The notes under the pieces are model-generated. The model had not been told where the DNA came from, made no database searches, and saw nothing but the letters and a program-made list of their open reading frames with translations. From Verrucomicrobiota bacterium (GTDB lineage: Bacteria > Verrucomicrobiota > Verrucomicrobiia > Limisphaerales > DSYF01), in contig JALOTZ010000003.1 of the NCBI GenBank assembly GCA_025457615.1, positions 81,614-145,613 of the forward strand: a stretch of DNA of 64,000 nt, written 5' to 3'. Position 1 is the stretch's first letter. The number at the start of each line of letters is the position of its first letter. A program made the position numbers and the translations under genes. Shown in pieces: positions 8,097 through 18,424 of the stretch.

Positions 8097-9272
8097 ATGC
8101 GGGGCATGTGGAATCGCCTGCACGCTGACCATCTCCAGGCCATCGCCCGCCAGTTTCCCGCGGCGCTCATCCTCGGCCCGCGTCAGGTGGGCAAAACCAC
8201 GCTCGCCCGCGCGGCCTTTCCCAAGGCCCCGTACCTGGACCTGGAGCAGCCCAACGTGCGTCAGTTGTTTGCCGACGACCCGCACTTTCAGATCGAACGC
8301 CGGCTCACCCCGAAGACCCGCACGCTCGTTCTCGACGAGGTGCAGTGCGTGCCGGCGGTGTTCGCCGCGCTGCGCGGGCTGATTGATCGCGACCGCCGCC
8401 GGCACGGACGGTTCATCCTGCTCGGCTCCGCCCAACCGGCCCTCATGCGGCATGTCTCCGAATCCCTGGCCGGCCGCGTCGGCATCCTCGAACTCGATCC
8501 GTTGACCGTGGCCGAAGTCACGCCCGGTTCTCCCAAGAAGCGCTGGACCGACGTGTGGTTGCGTGGCGGCTTTCCCGACGCCCTCCGGGGAAACTTCCGC
8601 GACTGGTGGGAAGCCTACCTGCGCGCCTATCTCGAGCGCGATCTACCTTGGCTCGGCGTACAGGCGGATCCGGTCTTTCTCCGCCGTCTGCTGACCATGC
8701 TCGCCCACGCCCAGGGCGGTCTCCTCAATACCGCGTCACTCGGCGCCTCACTGGGCGTGTCGCATCACACCATCGCGCGGCATCTCGACATCTTGGAACA
8801 GACTTTCATGATCCGCCGCCTGCCCCCGTACTTTCGCAATGTCGGCAAACGTCTCGTCAAGGCGCCCAAGGTCTATCTGCGCGACTCGGGCCTGCTCCAC
8901 CACCTGCTGAACCTGCCCACGCTCGACGACGTGCGCAACCACCCGGTGCATGGCGCAAGCTGGGAGACCTTCGTGCTCGAAGACCTCTTCCGGCGTGAGA
9001 AGCTGGCGCATCCCCACGCGCAGTTTTTCTTCTGGCGCACGGCGGACGGCGCGGAAATTGACCTCGTGATCGAGCGCGGCTCCGAGCGGGTGGCGGTGGA
9101 AATCAAGGCGGGCCGCGGCGACAAAGCCCACGCCGCCCGCGTCCTGGAACAAGCCATGCGCGATGTGGACGCGAAGACTGGCTGGATTCTTGACCAGGCC
9201 GAAGGCATGGATACGCTCCGCCCCGGCCTCGCCCGCCGCAGCTTCACCGCCACGCCGGATTGGTTGCCGTGA
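8097..9272 (+). CDS. AAA-family ATPase with a DUF4143 C-terminal domain (COG1373-like)
   Basis: 391 aa with Walker [21 protein letters not shown] and LLGSA. It matches the typical AAA_14/DUF4143 layout. Confidence 0.8.
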   Translation: MRGMWNRLHADHLQAIARQFPAALILGPRQVGKTTLARAAFPKAPYLDLEQPNVRQLFADDPHFQIERRLTPKTRTLVLDEVQCVPAVFAALRGLIDRDRRRHGRFILLGSAQPALMRHVSESLAGRVGILELDPLTVAEVTPGSPKKRWTDVWLRGGFPDALRGNFRDWWEAYLRAYLERDLPWLGVQADPVFLRRLLTMLAHAQGGLLNTASLGASLGVSHHTIARHLDILEQTFMIRRLPPYFRNVGKRLVKAPKVYLRDSGLLHHLLNLPTLDDVRNHPVHGASWETFVLEDLFRREKLAHPHAQFFFWRTADGAEIDLVIERGSERVAVEIKAGRGDKAHAARVLEQAMRDVDAKTGWILDQAEGMDTLRPGLARRSFTATPDWLP

Positions 9273-9422
9273 CACCGCGGCGCTCTGTCCAACGCAATTC
9301 GCCTTCCGCGTTTCCACCGGCTGCGGCTGCTTTGCCTGCGTGAATGCGTCAGGATGGATTCCTTTTCGGATTGGCTTAGGGTGGCGCCCATAGTGGTCAT
9401 CCCGTTGGCATTCAAATCCACT

Positions 9423-10595
9423 TCACAGGCTGCGGCTCGGCCGGTAGCTGGGGAGGATCGGCGGCACGGCGATCGCCGGGGGGACACCGATTACGGGCGG
9501 CATGCGGGGCGGCGGCGGGCGGTTTGCCAGCGCGCGACGGATCATGAAGAACTCGCCCAGGTTCTCTGGCGTGAGCAAGCCGACGAACCGGCCTTGGTCG
9601 ACCACCGGCATCGTCAGCCCGTGTTCCGCCTGCACGTGCGCCATGGCGCCTTCCAACGAAGCCGACGCTTCCAGGGTGTTGAAGGCCGTTCGCATGACAG
9701 CCTCGGCAGGCACGTCGGCGCCGCGCTCCCGCAGCGCCTGGAAGCAATCCGCGTGAAACAGAATGCCCACAACGCGCCCGTGGTCCACGACCGGGAAATC
9801 CTGCTGTGAACCGGCGAGCAAGAGCTTCGCGGCGTCGCCGAGCGTGTCTTGCGGGGACAAGACGCGGAAATCGCTCAGCATGGCATCGCGTACCGAGGCG
9901 CCGGCGAACGAGGACTTCATCTGCGCGGCGCCCATTTCCTGCGCGGCCCCGATCCAGACAAACAGCGCGATCAGCAGCAGCATCGGGTTGCCAAACAGCC
10001 CGACGAAGCCGAACACACACGCCATGCCCTGTCCAAGACGCCCGGCAATGGTCGTGGCCCGCGCGTAGTCCAGCTTCATGGCCAACAGCGACCGGAGCAC
10101 GCGTCCGCCGTCCATGGGAAACGCGGGCAGCAGGTTGAACAGCACCAGGAAGAGGTTCGCCGCGAGCAGACGGCTGGCGAACCCTCCGCTGGTGGCGCTC
10201 AGGTCGAGCATGGCCTGCAGGGACTGTGTGAACGCCAGCCAGACGAAGAGCACGCCGGCAATCATGACGTTGACCGCCGGCCCGGCCACAGCGATCCAGA
10301 ATTCCTGCGCCGGCTTGTCGGGAACGCGCTCGAGCCGGGCCACGCCGCCGATGGGCAGCAGGGTGATGTCCTTGGTGCCGACGCCGAACCGGCGCGCCAT
10401 CAGAGCATGGCCGAACTCATGAAGCAGAACGCAGCCGAACAGGGCGGCGAAGAACACCGCTCCCTGCAACGCCGCGTCCAGCTGTCGTGTCGCCATCCAG
10501 CTCGCCAGGGTCAGGAAACCCAGCACGATCAGGAAGGTGACGTGCACATAGACGTCGATGCCGAAGAACCGGCCCAGTTTGATGTTCCATTTCAT
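9423..10595 (-). CDS. Site-2 (M50) metalloprotease with a CBS pair
   Basis: Real start is MKWNIKLGRFFGIDVYVH at 10595, inside ORF 9423..10991. It has HEFGHAL, LPAFPMDGG, and a C-terminal CBS-like region. Confidence 0.85.
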   Translation of the reverse strand: MKWNIKLGRFFGIDVYVHVTFLIVLGFLTLASWMATRQLDAALQGAVFFAALFGCVLLHEFGHALMARRFGVGTKDITLLPIGGVARLERVPDKPAQEFWIAVAGPAVNVMIAGVLFVWLAFTQSLQAMLDLSATSGGFASRLLAANLFLVLFNLLPAFPMDGGRVLRSLLAMKLDYARATTIAGRLGQGMACVFGFVGLFGNPMLLLIALFVWIGAAQEMGAAQMKSSFAGASVRDAMLSDFRVLSPQDTLGDAAKLLLAGSQQDFPVVDHGRVVGILFHADCFQALRERGADVPAEAVMRTAFNTLEASASLEGAMAHVQAEHGLTMPVVDQGRFVGLLTPENLGEFFMIRRALANRPPPPRMPPVIGVPPAIAVPPILPSYRPSRSL

Positions 10596-10719
10596 AAGCG
10601 TTGACTTGGTTTGCGTTTGTTCCGGAAAGGCGTCCGATGTCCCGGCGCCCTGGCTCCATTCCAACCGTCCCGCATAACCGCTTGGCCAGGGAGGTTGGAC
10701 GCGGTTAGGCCCCTGAATT

Positions 10720-11088
10720 TCAGGCGCGGCGGCCCGGCGCGGCAAAACGGTGGCCGGTCCGGCGCGGAGCGGAGGGCTGTTGCCGGTTGCTCCGGGCGCG
10801 CGCCGACCGCCGCGCCACCTTGGCCTCGATCCGCCGGCGCAGGTCCGCGGCGACCTTCCGGATCGCCGCCTCGATGGTGTGGTCGGCGCCCACGGCCCGA
10901 ATGTCCGGTCCCGGCGTGACCAGGTGTACCCGGACCGAATAGGCGGGTGCGAGCTCGGGGCGGCGTTCGAGCCGCACCCGGGCCTCGTCAATCACGACGA
11001 GATCCCGCAGCGCGAGAATTTCGTTTTCAATCGTGGCATCCGTCCGGTGGACGGAGCGCAATCCCAAGTGTTGCACGGTGATGGTCAT
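10720..11088 (-). CDS. HPF/RaiA-like small ribosome-associated protein (tentative)
   Basis: 122 aa. The pattern VRLERR...VRVHLVTPGPDIRAVGADHTIEAAIRKVAADLRRRIEAK resembles the short HPF/YfiA fold. The C-terminus is basic. Confidence 0.45.
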   Translation of the reverse strand: MTITVQHLGLRSVHRTDATIENEILALRDLVVIDEARVRLERRPELAPAYSVRVHLVTPGPDIRAVGADHTIEAAIRKVAADLRRRIEAKVARRSARARSNRQQPSAPRRTGHRFAAPGRRA

Positions 11089-11131
11089 AGGCTATGGCGG
11101 TTGAGGTTTCGTTCAAGGTCGTTCGGTTCGA

Positions 11132-11818
11132 TCACTCCCGGCTGCGCCCGGTGAGCAGCGGCAGCAGGTGCCACAGGAAGTACACCAGCGAGGTGATGAA
11201 CGCCGCCACGTAGGTCCACGCCGCCGCATTGAGCACCTGGCTCACGGCCACCGCCTCGGCGCCGGGCGCCACCAGGCCCATCCGGCCCAGCACCGCCTTG
11301 GCGCGGCGCGAGGCGTCAAATTCGACCGGCAGCGTGACCAGGTTGAAGAGCATGATCACACCCCAGGCGGACGCCAGGATGACGGCGCCGACCAGCGGCT
11401 GGATCAGGCCGGTGACGATGCCCAGCAACGGGAGCCACATGACGATCTGGCTGGCGTAGTTGGTGATGCCCACGGCGGCCATGCGCCACTGGAGCGGGCC
11501 GTAGGCCAGCTTGTGCTGGATGGCGTGACCGCACTCGTGCGCGGCCACCCCGAGCGCCGCCGGCGACGTCCCGTGATAGTTGTCGCGCGACAACACCAGG
11601 CGCTTGCGCAACGGATCGTAGTGGTCGCCGAGCATCTCGTCGTGGGCCAGGATCTCGACGTCGTGAATGCCCGCCTCGCTCAGGATGCGGTGCGCGGCCT
11701 CCGCGCCGGTCAGGCCGGAATACGTCGAGCCGCGGCTGTGGCGGCTGTAAACGGACTTCACTCTCGCCGCCGCCCAGAGCGACAGCGCCAATGTGGCAAT
11801 GAACAGAATCCAGATCAT
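11132..11818 (-). CDS. YugP-family zinc metallopeptidase (Zn_peptidase_2)
   Basis: 228 aa with an N-terminal TM, the HECGHAIQH motif and C-terminal TM segments. Confidence 0.8.
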   Translation of the reverse strand: MIWILFIATLALSLWAAARVKSVYSRHSRGSTYSGLTGAEAAHRILSEAGIHDVEILAHDEMLGDHYDPLRKRLVLSRDNYHGTSPAALGVAAHECGHAIQHKLAYGPLQWRMAAVGITNYASQIVMWLPLLGIVTGLIQPLVGAVILASAWGVIMLFNLVTLPVEFDASRRAKAVLGRMGLVAPGAEAVAVSQVLNAAAWTYVAAFITSLVYFLWHLLPLLTGRSRE

Positions 11819-11972
11819 AACATTCGTCTTTCTCGTTTTTCCGCCGCCGGAGGGTCCACCCGGACCGGTTGCCCCGTCGGCCTTGACGCGGTGACAGTAG
11901 GCGCGGCGGGCGGAGGCGACCAGTACGAGTTTCCGAATGGACGCTTAGGTTAATCCGAAGCAATCTGGCGCC

Positions 11973-12863
11973 ATGACCGAATGGCTGAACTACCATCACC
12001 TGCGGTATTTCTGGCACGTGGCCAAGGAAGGCAGCCTGGCGCGCGCGGCCGGCAAGCTGCACGTGTCGCAACCGTCCATCTCCGCCCAGATCCGCGAGCT
12101 GGAGGAGGCGCTCGGCCAGAAGCTGTTCCAACGCGAGGGCCGCGGCAACAAGCTCACCGACGCCGGACAACTGGTGTTCGGTTATGCGGAGGAGATCTTC
12201 GCGCTCGGACGCGAGCTGCTGAACGCGGTCCAGCAACGGCCGGGGACGCAGACCCTGCGCTTTTACGTGGGGGTGGCGGACTCGTTTCCCAAGCTGCTGA
12301 CCCACGAGATTCTCAAGCCGGTGTTCGCGCTGCCGCAGACCGTGCATGTGATCTGCCGGGAGGGCAAGATCGCGGACCTGCTGGGTCAGCTCGCGGCGCA
12401 CCGGCTGGACATCGTGTTGAGCGACGAACCGGCCTCCACCAGCGCCGGGATCAAGGTGTTCAATCACCCGCTCGGCGAGACGGGCACGACCTTCTGGGCC
12501 GGCAAGGCGCTGGCGGCGCGGTTGCGACGCAACTTCCCGCGGTCGCTGCACCAGGCCCCGGCCCTGTTGCCGGCGGAGAACACCGCGCTGCGACGGGCGC
12601 TCGAGGCGTGGTTCCGCGAACGGGGCGTGCAACCGAAGGTGGTGGCGGAGTTCGAGGATCTCGCCTTGATGAAAGTGATGGCGGTGGACGGACGCGGCTT
12701 CATCGCCCTGCCGTCCCTCGTCACGGAGGAGGCCCGGCACCATTACGGGTTCCAGCGCATCGGCGTGGCCGAGGAATGCCGCACGCCGTCCTACGCGATC
12801 TCCGCCGAGCGCAAGATCTCGCACCCCGCCGTCCTGGCCATCACCGAGAGCCTGCGCGGCTAG
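11973..12863 (+). CDS. LysR-family transcriptional regulator, NhaR-like
   Basis: 296 aa. The N-terminus LNYHHLRYFWHVAKEGSLARAAGKLHVSQPSISAQIRELE closely mirrors the NhaR HTH. Confidence 0.8.
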   Translation: MTEWLNYHHLRYFWHVAKEGSLARAAGKLHVSQPSISAQIRELEEALGQKLFQREGRGNKLTDAGQLVFGYAEEIFALGRELLNAVQQRPGTQTLRFYVGVADSFPKLLTHEILKPVFALPQTVHVICREGKIADLLGQLAAHRLDIVLSDEPASTSAGIKVFNHPLGETGTTFWAGKALAARLRRNFPRSLHQAPALLPAENTALRRALEAWFRERGVQPKVVAEFEDLALMKVMAVDGRGFIALPSLVTEEARHHYGFQRIGVAEECRTPSYAISAERKISHPAVLAITESLRG

Positions 12864-13113
12864 GCTTCCCACCGTTTCATGGAGGGGCGGGGCAGCATCT
12901 TGGCACTGCCCTCGAACGCAATTCTGGCCGGGGCGCGGCATGGATGCCGCTTCAGCATTCGCAAGCCCGCGGAACAAGCGTTTCCTCGAATGCCCTTCGG
13001 ACGTTGAAGCGGCCTGAAGCGCTCCGGGGACAGTGTCCAGAGGCACCCGGGGTTGCGGTCCGCGGATTCCCTGCTGGATATCCCCGGGAGCGCGCGGTAT
13101 GGTTCGCGGGCCT

Positions 13114-14254
13114 ATGTTTGAGACCATTCACGACCAGTTGATGACCGCCGGCGACAAACTCGCTCACCTGCGGAGGTTTCTTTGACGTCCCCCGCACGCA
13201 GCAGCGGCTGGATGAATTGAGCGCCCAGATGGCCGCGGACAGTTTTTGGAACAACCGCGAGCAGGCCCAGAAGATCATTGCCGAAGCCAACACGCTCCGC
13301 GATCGCATCGAGCCCCTGGCCCAGGCGACCAGGCAACTCGACGACCTCAAGGTCATGCTCGAACTGGCCGAGGCCGAACCGCCGGAATCCCAGGCGGCCC
13401 TCGAGACCGAGATCCAGACCGACACCCGGGGATTCCTCGAGCGGCTGGACGCGCTGGAGTTGCGGTTCTTCCTCAGTGACCCCAACGATCGCAACAACTG
13501 CATCTTCAACATCAACGCGGGAGCCGGTGGGACCGAGGCGCAGGATTGGGCGGAGATGCTGGCGCGCATGTACCAACGCTGGTTCGAGAGCCGGGATTGG
13601 GAGGTGGAGGTGACCGACGCGCTGCCCGGCGAACAGGCGGGACTCAAGAGCATCACGCTGCTGGTCAAAGGCGAGAACGCCTACGGCTTCTGCAAGGCCG
13701 AACGCGGCGTCCACCGCCTCGTTCGCATTTCGCCCTTCGATTCCAACAAGCGGCGCCACACCAGCTTTGCCAGCGTGGACGTGATCGCGGAGATCGAGGA
13801 CGCCCCGGAAATCGTGATCAACCCGGCTGATCTGCAGATCGACACCTACCGCTCGGGCGGCAAGGGCGGGCAAAACGTCAACAAGGTCGAGACCGCCGTG
13901 CGCATCACCCACCTGCCGACCGGGATTGTGGCCGCGTCCCAGGCCCAACGGTCGCAGACGCAGAACAAGAACAACGCAATGAAACTGTTGTTGTCCAAGC
14001 TCTACGCGTTGCGTGAGGACGCCAAGAAAGCCGAGCAGGAACGGTTCTATGGCGAGAAGGGCAGCATCTCCTGGGGCAACCAGATCCGCAGCTACGTCTT
14101 CCAACCCTACCGCCTGGTCAAGGACCTGCGCACCGGCGTGGAAAGCAGCAACACGCAAGGGGTCATGGACGGCGGCCTGGACGCCTTCGTCCACGGCTGG
14201 CTCCGCGCCGGCTGCCCGACGAAGCGCATGCAGGGGGTGAAGGACGAGGAGTGA
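13114..14254 (+). CDS. prfB: Peptide chain release factor 2, requiring a programmed +1 frameshift at 13180-13186
   Basis: Frame 0 reads [23 protein letters not shown] then TGA (13183-13185). The +1 frame continues [12 protein letters not shown]... into ORF 13217..14254. SPF and GGQ motifs are present. Confidence 0.95.
13173..13186 (+). promoter_or_regulatory. RF2 autoregulatory frameshift site: GGAGG-TTT-CTT-TGA-C
   Basis: An internal SD-like GGAGG lies 3 nt upstream of the slippery CTT, followed by TGA C. The geometry matches the classical prfB site. Confidence 0.9.
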
Positions 14255-15063
14255 GCATGTCCATCCTGGACACCATCGTGGAGGAGAAGCGGCGCGAGGT
14301 GGCGCAACTGCCGGAGCGCCTCATCGCCGCCGGCGACCTGCGGGACGCGCTGCTGGAACACGGCGAGCGACGCGATTTTCTGGCCGCCTTGCGCCGGCCG
14401 CGCCGGGGCGAACTGGCCCTCATCGCCGAGGTCAAGAAGGCCTCGCCCTCGGCCGGCGTCATCTGCAAGGACTTTGATCCGGTCCAGATCGCCATCGAAT
14501 ACGAGCAGGCCGGCGCCACCTGTCTCTCGGTGCTGACGGACCAGAAGTTCTTCCAGGGGGACCTCGAGTATCTCCGGGACATCCGGCAGGCGGTGAAGCT
14601 GCCGCTGCTGCGCAAGGATTTCATCATCGATGAGCGGCAGATTCTCGAGGCGATCGAGTGGGGCGCGGACGCCATCCTGCTGATTGCAGCCATCCTGGAC
14701 GACGCTCGTCTGCGGCATTTCCACACCCTCGCCACGGAAGCCGGGTTGACGGTCCTGGTCGAGGTGCACGACGAGGCCGAGCTGGAGCGCGCGCTGTCCC
14801 TCGGCGCGCCACTCATTGGCGTGAACAACCGCAACCTGAAGGATTTCCATGTGGACCTCGCCACCACGGAACGGTTGGCCAGGCGGATCCAGTCCGCACC
14901 TGACGTTGCCGAGGTCCTGCTGGTGGCCGAGAGCGGCATCCACTCGCGTGCCGATGTCGAGCGCCTGGCCGAAAGCGGTGCGGGGGCCATCCTGGTGGGC
15001 GAATCCCTCGTGCGGCAGGGCCTCGACGCGATCGAAAGCAAGATCAGCGAGCTGCTCGGTTGA
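14251..15063 (+). CDS. trpC: Indole-3-glycerol phosphate synthase
   Basis: 270 aa: [38 protein letters not shown]. The GTG at 14251 overlaps the prfB stop; an alternative ATG lies at 14257. Confidence 0.9.
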   Translation: MSMSILDTIVEEKRREVAQLPERLIAAGDLRDALLEHGERRDFLAALRRPRRGELALIAEVKKASPSAGVICKDFDPVQIAIEYEQAGATCLSVLTDQKFFQGDLEYLRDIRQAVKLPLLRKDFIIDERQILEAIEWGADAILLIAAILDDARLRHFHTLATEAGLTVLVEVHDEAELERALSLGAPLIGVNNRNLKDFHVDLATTERLARRIQSAPDVAEVLLVAESGIHSRADVERLAESGAGAILVGESLVRQGLDAIESKISELLG

Positions 15064-15303
15064 GGTGGGAAGGATCGGACCCGGTCCGGCGCGGCTCCGT
15101 GAGCCGCAGCGGCAGCGCACGTGCGGGTGGCCTGCGATCAGGGCGTGGGCGTCAGGAGCAGCGTGGCGGCTGCGGGTCATGGACCCGCGGTCCGGCTTTG
15201 GCCCTCAACAATTGCGTTGCACCGTGAGGAGTTGTTCCTAATCTGACGGCACCATCGTCTCAGCACAGCCTTTCAGTTCAACACCAACCGACAGCAGGCA
15301 CCT

Positions 15304-16497
15304 ATGTCACCCAGACCATTGAATGTCGGCCTCGTGGGAGGCGGCAAGGGAGCGTTCATTGTGCAACCCCACCAGCGGGCCATCCACATGGACGGCACCC
15401 GGCGCGTCACCGCCGGGGCGTTGTTTCCGGACCCGGCGGTCGCCCTCGAGGAAGCCGCCCACTGGCCGTATCCCATCCGCGGTTATGGCTCCTACGTGGA
15501 GATGCTCGAGGCCCAGGCCCGGCTGCCGAAGGAGGAACGGCTGGATTACATCCTGATCGTCACGCCGAACCACGTGCATTTCGATCCGGCGATGCGGGCC
15601 ATCCGGGCGGGGATTCCGGTGTTCTGCGAAAAGCCCTTGTGCTTGAACCTGGCCGAGGCCAACAAGTTGGTGCGGGCGGTGCGCCAGGCGCGGCTGCCGT
15701 TTGGCGTGGCGCACACCTACCTCGGGCATTGGACCACGCGGCTGGCCCGCTACATCGTGCGCCGGGGTTTGCTGGGCGAGGTGCGGTGGGTGGACAGCTA
15801 TTACCTCCAGGGCTGGCTGGCCACACGACTCGAGGCCACGGGCCAGCCACAGGCCACCTGGCGCACGAATCCCAAGCTGGCCGGCGGCTCGGGCTGCGGC
15901 GGCGACATCGGCACCCACGCCCTCATGCACCTGCGTTACATCACCGGGCTGGAGGTGAAATCCCTGTCCGCCCAACTCGAGACCTTCGTCCAAGGCCGCG
16001 CGCTGGATGACCACTTCACCGTTTACTGCGATCTCCACAACGGCGGCAAGGCGCTGGTCCGCGCTTCACAGATCTGCATCGGGCAGAAGAACGACCTGGG
16101 CATCACGGTGGCCGGCACCCAGGGCACACTGCGCTGGCGGCAGGAAGAACCGGAATCCCTCACCGTCCACCTGCCCCACCAACCCGACCGGGTGTATTGG
16201 CGGGGGGCGATCCAGTCCGGCGACGGCTTTCTGCCCAAGGACAAGGCGCTCGAGGCCTTGCTCACCGAGCCTACGATTCCACCGGGTCACGGCGAGGCGT
16301 TCCATGATGCGTTCGCCCGACTGCATCGCTTCTTCGAGGCGGACGTGCGCCTGTGGAAGGCCGGTCACAAGTTCGCCTGCAACGGCGCCCATTACGCCAG
16401 TGTGGAGGACGGCTGGACGGGCATGGCCTTCATCAACACCTGCCTCAAGAGCGCGGCGAAGCGGGGGGCGTGGACGGCGATGCCGAGGTTGGGTTGA
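15304..16497 (+). CDS. Gfo/Idh/MocA-family oxidoreductase
   Basis: 397 aa with an N-terminal Rossmann motif ([11 protein letters not shown]), EKPL, and a C-terminal alpha/beta domain. Confidence 0.8.
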   Translation: MSPRPLNVGLVGGGKGAFIVQPHQRAIHMDGTRRVTAGALFPDPAVALEEAAHWPYPIRGYGSYVEMLEAQARLPKEERLDYILIVTPNHVHFDPAMRAIRAGIPVFCEKPLCLNLAEANKLVRAVRQARLPFGVAHTYLGHWTTRLARYIVRRGLLGEVRWVDSYYLQGWLATRLEATGQPQATWRTNPKLAGGSGCGGDIGTHALMHLRYITGLEVKSLSAQLETFVQGRALDDHFTVYCDLHNGGKALVRASQICIGQKNDLGITVAGTQGTLRWRQEEPESLTVHLPHQPDRVYWRGAIQSGDGFLPKDKALEALLTEPTIPPGHGEAFHDAFARLHRFFEADVRLWKAGHKFACNGAHYASVEDGWTGMAFINTCLKSAAKRGAWTAMPRLG

Positions 16498-16521
16498 ACC
16501 CCCAAAAGCCGCAATTCAGGA

Positions 16522-16977
16522 TCACATCTCTTCGGTCTCGGTGGAGACGGGCTGCTGGGCGCCTTTGAGGGCGCCCATGAGCGCGTGCCAGGCGAGGATG
16601 GCGCACTTGACGCGCGAGGGGAATTTGTGCACGCCGGCGAACACGGCCAGCTTGCCCAGGTCTTCCCGCGCCTTGCCGGTGGTCACCATGTCATGCACCA
16701 CGTCAAACAGGTGTTGCGCCTCCGTCCGGGTCTTCCCGGCCACCGTCGTGGTCAGGATGGATGCGGAGGCTTTCGAGATGCAACAGCCGGAGCCGACGAA
16801 GGTGACTTCCTGGATGACATCGCCTTCCAGCTTCAGGAACAACGTGAGCTGATCGCCGCACAGCGGGTTGTGGCCCTGGGCCGAACACGAGCACTGCGGC
16901 AGCTCCCGGAAATTCCGCGGCTGCTTGCAGTGATCGAGGATCACCTGCTGGTAAAGGTCGGCGACGTCGTCAAACAT
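16522..16977 (-). CDS. sufU: SUF-system Fe-S scaffold, SufU/IscU-like
   Basis: Start is MFDDVADLYQQVILDHCKQPRNF at 16977. Motifs include NPLCGD, GSGCCISKAS and KCAILAW. Confidence 0.85.
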   Translation of the reverse strand: MFDDVADLYQQVILDHCKQPRNFRELPQCSCSAQGHNPLCGDQLTLFLKLEGDVIQEVTFVGSGCCISKASASILTTTVAGKTRTEAQHLFDVVHDMVTTGKAREDLGKLAVFAGVHKFPSRVKCAILAWHALMGALKGAQQPVSTETEEM

Positions 16978-18334
16978 GGTCGTGAGGGCCCGGTCCGGGG
17001 CGCCCGGCCACCAGCGGATGGGCCTCGAGGCGGTCCCAGACCACCTGGTCCAGCTCCTCGCGGACGGCGTCATGCCAGATGCGCTCGGTGATCTCCCCGG
17101 CGAACGCATGAATCAACATGCGCCGGGCGGTGTCCTGGCCGAGGCCGCGGGAGCGCAGGTAGAAGATGGATTCCTCGCTCAACTGCCCGATGGTCGCCCC
17201 GTGCGTGCATTTCACGTCGTCGGCGTAGATTTCCAACTGCGGCTTCGAGTCGGCGGTCGCGCTGTCCGAGAGCAGCAGGTTCTTGTTGGTCTGCTTGGCG
17301 TCGGTCTTCTGGGCGATGGGCCGCACCAGGATCCGGCCGTGGAACACACCCTTGGATTTGTCGTCCAGGATGCCATTGAAGTACTCGTGGCTGGCGCAAT
17401 TGGGCTGGGCGTGCTCGACCAGCATGTGATGATCCGCCAGTTGATCGCCCTTGGTCAGGTAGAGTCCGTTGAGCACGCATTCCAACCCCTCGCCGCCCAG
17501 GTGGGTGCGGATGTTGTTGCGCGACAGCCGGGCGCCGAGGGCCAGGCTGTGGCTCTGGACCTGGCTGGCCCGGCCCAGGCTGGCGTGGATGGCGGCGATG
17601 TGAAACGCGGACAGGCTTTCGTCCTGCACCTTCACATGCTCGAGTTCCGTGCTTTCCCCGGCCACGATCTCGGTCACCGCATTGGTGAAGTAAGCGGCAT
17701 CCACCGTGTTCGCGTAACTCTCGATCACCGTGCCCCGGCTCCCGGCATCGGCCAGGATGAGATTGCGCGGGTGAATCTGGGCGCCGGCCTGCGTCGCGGT
17801 GGCCACAAACACCAGGTGGACCGGCAGATCCAGCGTCGCGTTCCGGGGCAGGTGCACAAAGCCGCCGTCGTGGAAGAACGCGCAGTTGAGTGCGGCAAAT
17901 CCGTTGTCGGTGGCGGAGGCGCACTGGCCCAGGTTCCTTTCCATCAGGCCGGAATGCTCCACCAGGGCCGTGCGGAGGTTGGTCACGACCACCCCGGCGG
18001 GCAGCGCCTGCACGGAGGAAAGTGCGGGCGCGAACTGGCCGTTCACAAACACCAGTCGATGCGCGGGCAGCGAGCCGAGGATGAACCCGGCCAGGGTTTG
18101 GGCATCCAGGGTGTCCGGCGCCGCTTCGCGCACCGGGTGGAAGGGCAGCTTGGTGATCGGCGCCACGTTGGTGAAGCGCCAGTCCTCGTGCTTCAACGTC
18201 GGGAAACCCAGTTCGGCAAAGCGGGCGATGCCGGCTTTGCGGAACGGATGCAGCCAGGCGGGTTGCCCGGGTTCCCGTTCCCATTGCTCGAACTCCTTCA
18301 GGATGCCTTCGGTTACTTTGTCCGTGCTCGTCAT
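16970..18334 (-). CDS. sufD: Fe-S cluster assembly protein SufD
   Basis: Start is MTSTDKV at 18334. The C-terminal part reads LSDSATADSKPQLEIYADDVKCTHGATIGQL...FYLRSRG. It overlaps sufU by 8 nt. Confidence 0.85.
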   Translation of the reverse strand: MTSTDKVTEGILKEFEQWEREPGQPAWLHPFRKAGIARFAELGFPTLKHEDWRFTNVAPITKLPFHPVREAAPDTLDAQTLAGFILGSLPAHRLVFVNGQFAPALSSVQALPAGVVVTNLRTALVEHSGLMERNLGQCASATDNGFAALNCAFFHDGGFVHLPRNATLDLPVHLVFVATATQAGAQIHPRNLILADAGSRGTVIESYANTVDAAYFTNAVTEIVAGESTELEHVKVQDESLSAFHIAAIHASLGRASQVQSHSLALGARLSRNNIRTHLGGEGLECVLNGLYLTKGDQLADHHMLVEHAQPNCASHEYFNGILDDKSKGVFHGRILVRPIAQKTDAKQTNKNLLLSDSATADSKPQLEIYADDVKCTHGATIGQLSEESIFYLRSRGLGQDTARRMLIHAFAGEITERIWHDAVREELDQVVWDRLEAHPLVAGRPGPGPHDHV

Positions 18335-18424
18335 GGTGCTGCGGTTGTGGTTCCCCGCCGGGGGCGGCGAGGACGGATACCTTTCCATGCCCTCCCGACC
18401 TGCGCAAGCGCCGGAATCGGGGGT

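Noticed and set aside
7200-8100. Complete, mobile group II intron
   Set aside because: There is no YADD/RT5-7, no maturase or endonuclease domain, and no space for ribozyme domains. It is only a fragment.
7317-8453. 378-aa ORF taken as one gene
   Set aside because: Only residues ~168-340 look like a reverse transcriptase. The N-terminal part is antisense read-through of the DUF4143 ATPase gene, and the tail has no homology.
10672-10688. Sigma-54 promoter (TGGCCAAGCGGTTATGC on the minus strand) upstream of the M50 protease gene
   Set aside because: The -24 GG is present, but the -12 element is TTAT rather than TTGC at the required spacing.
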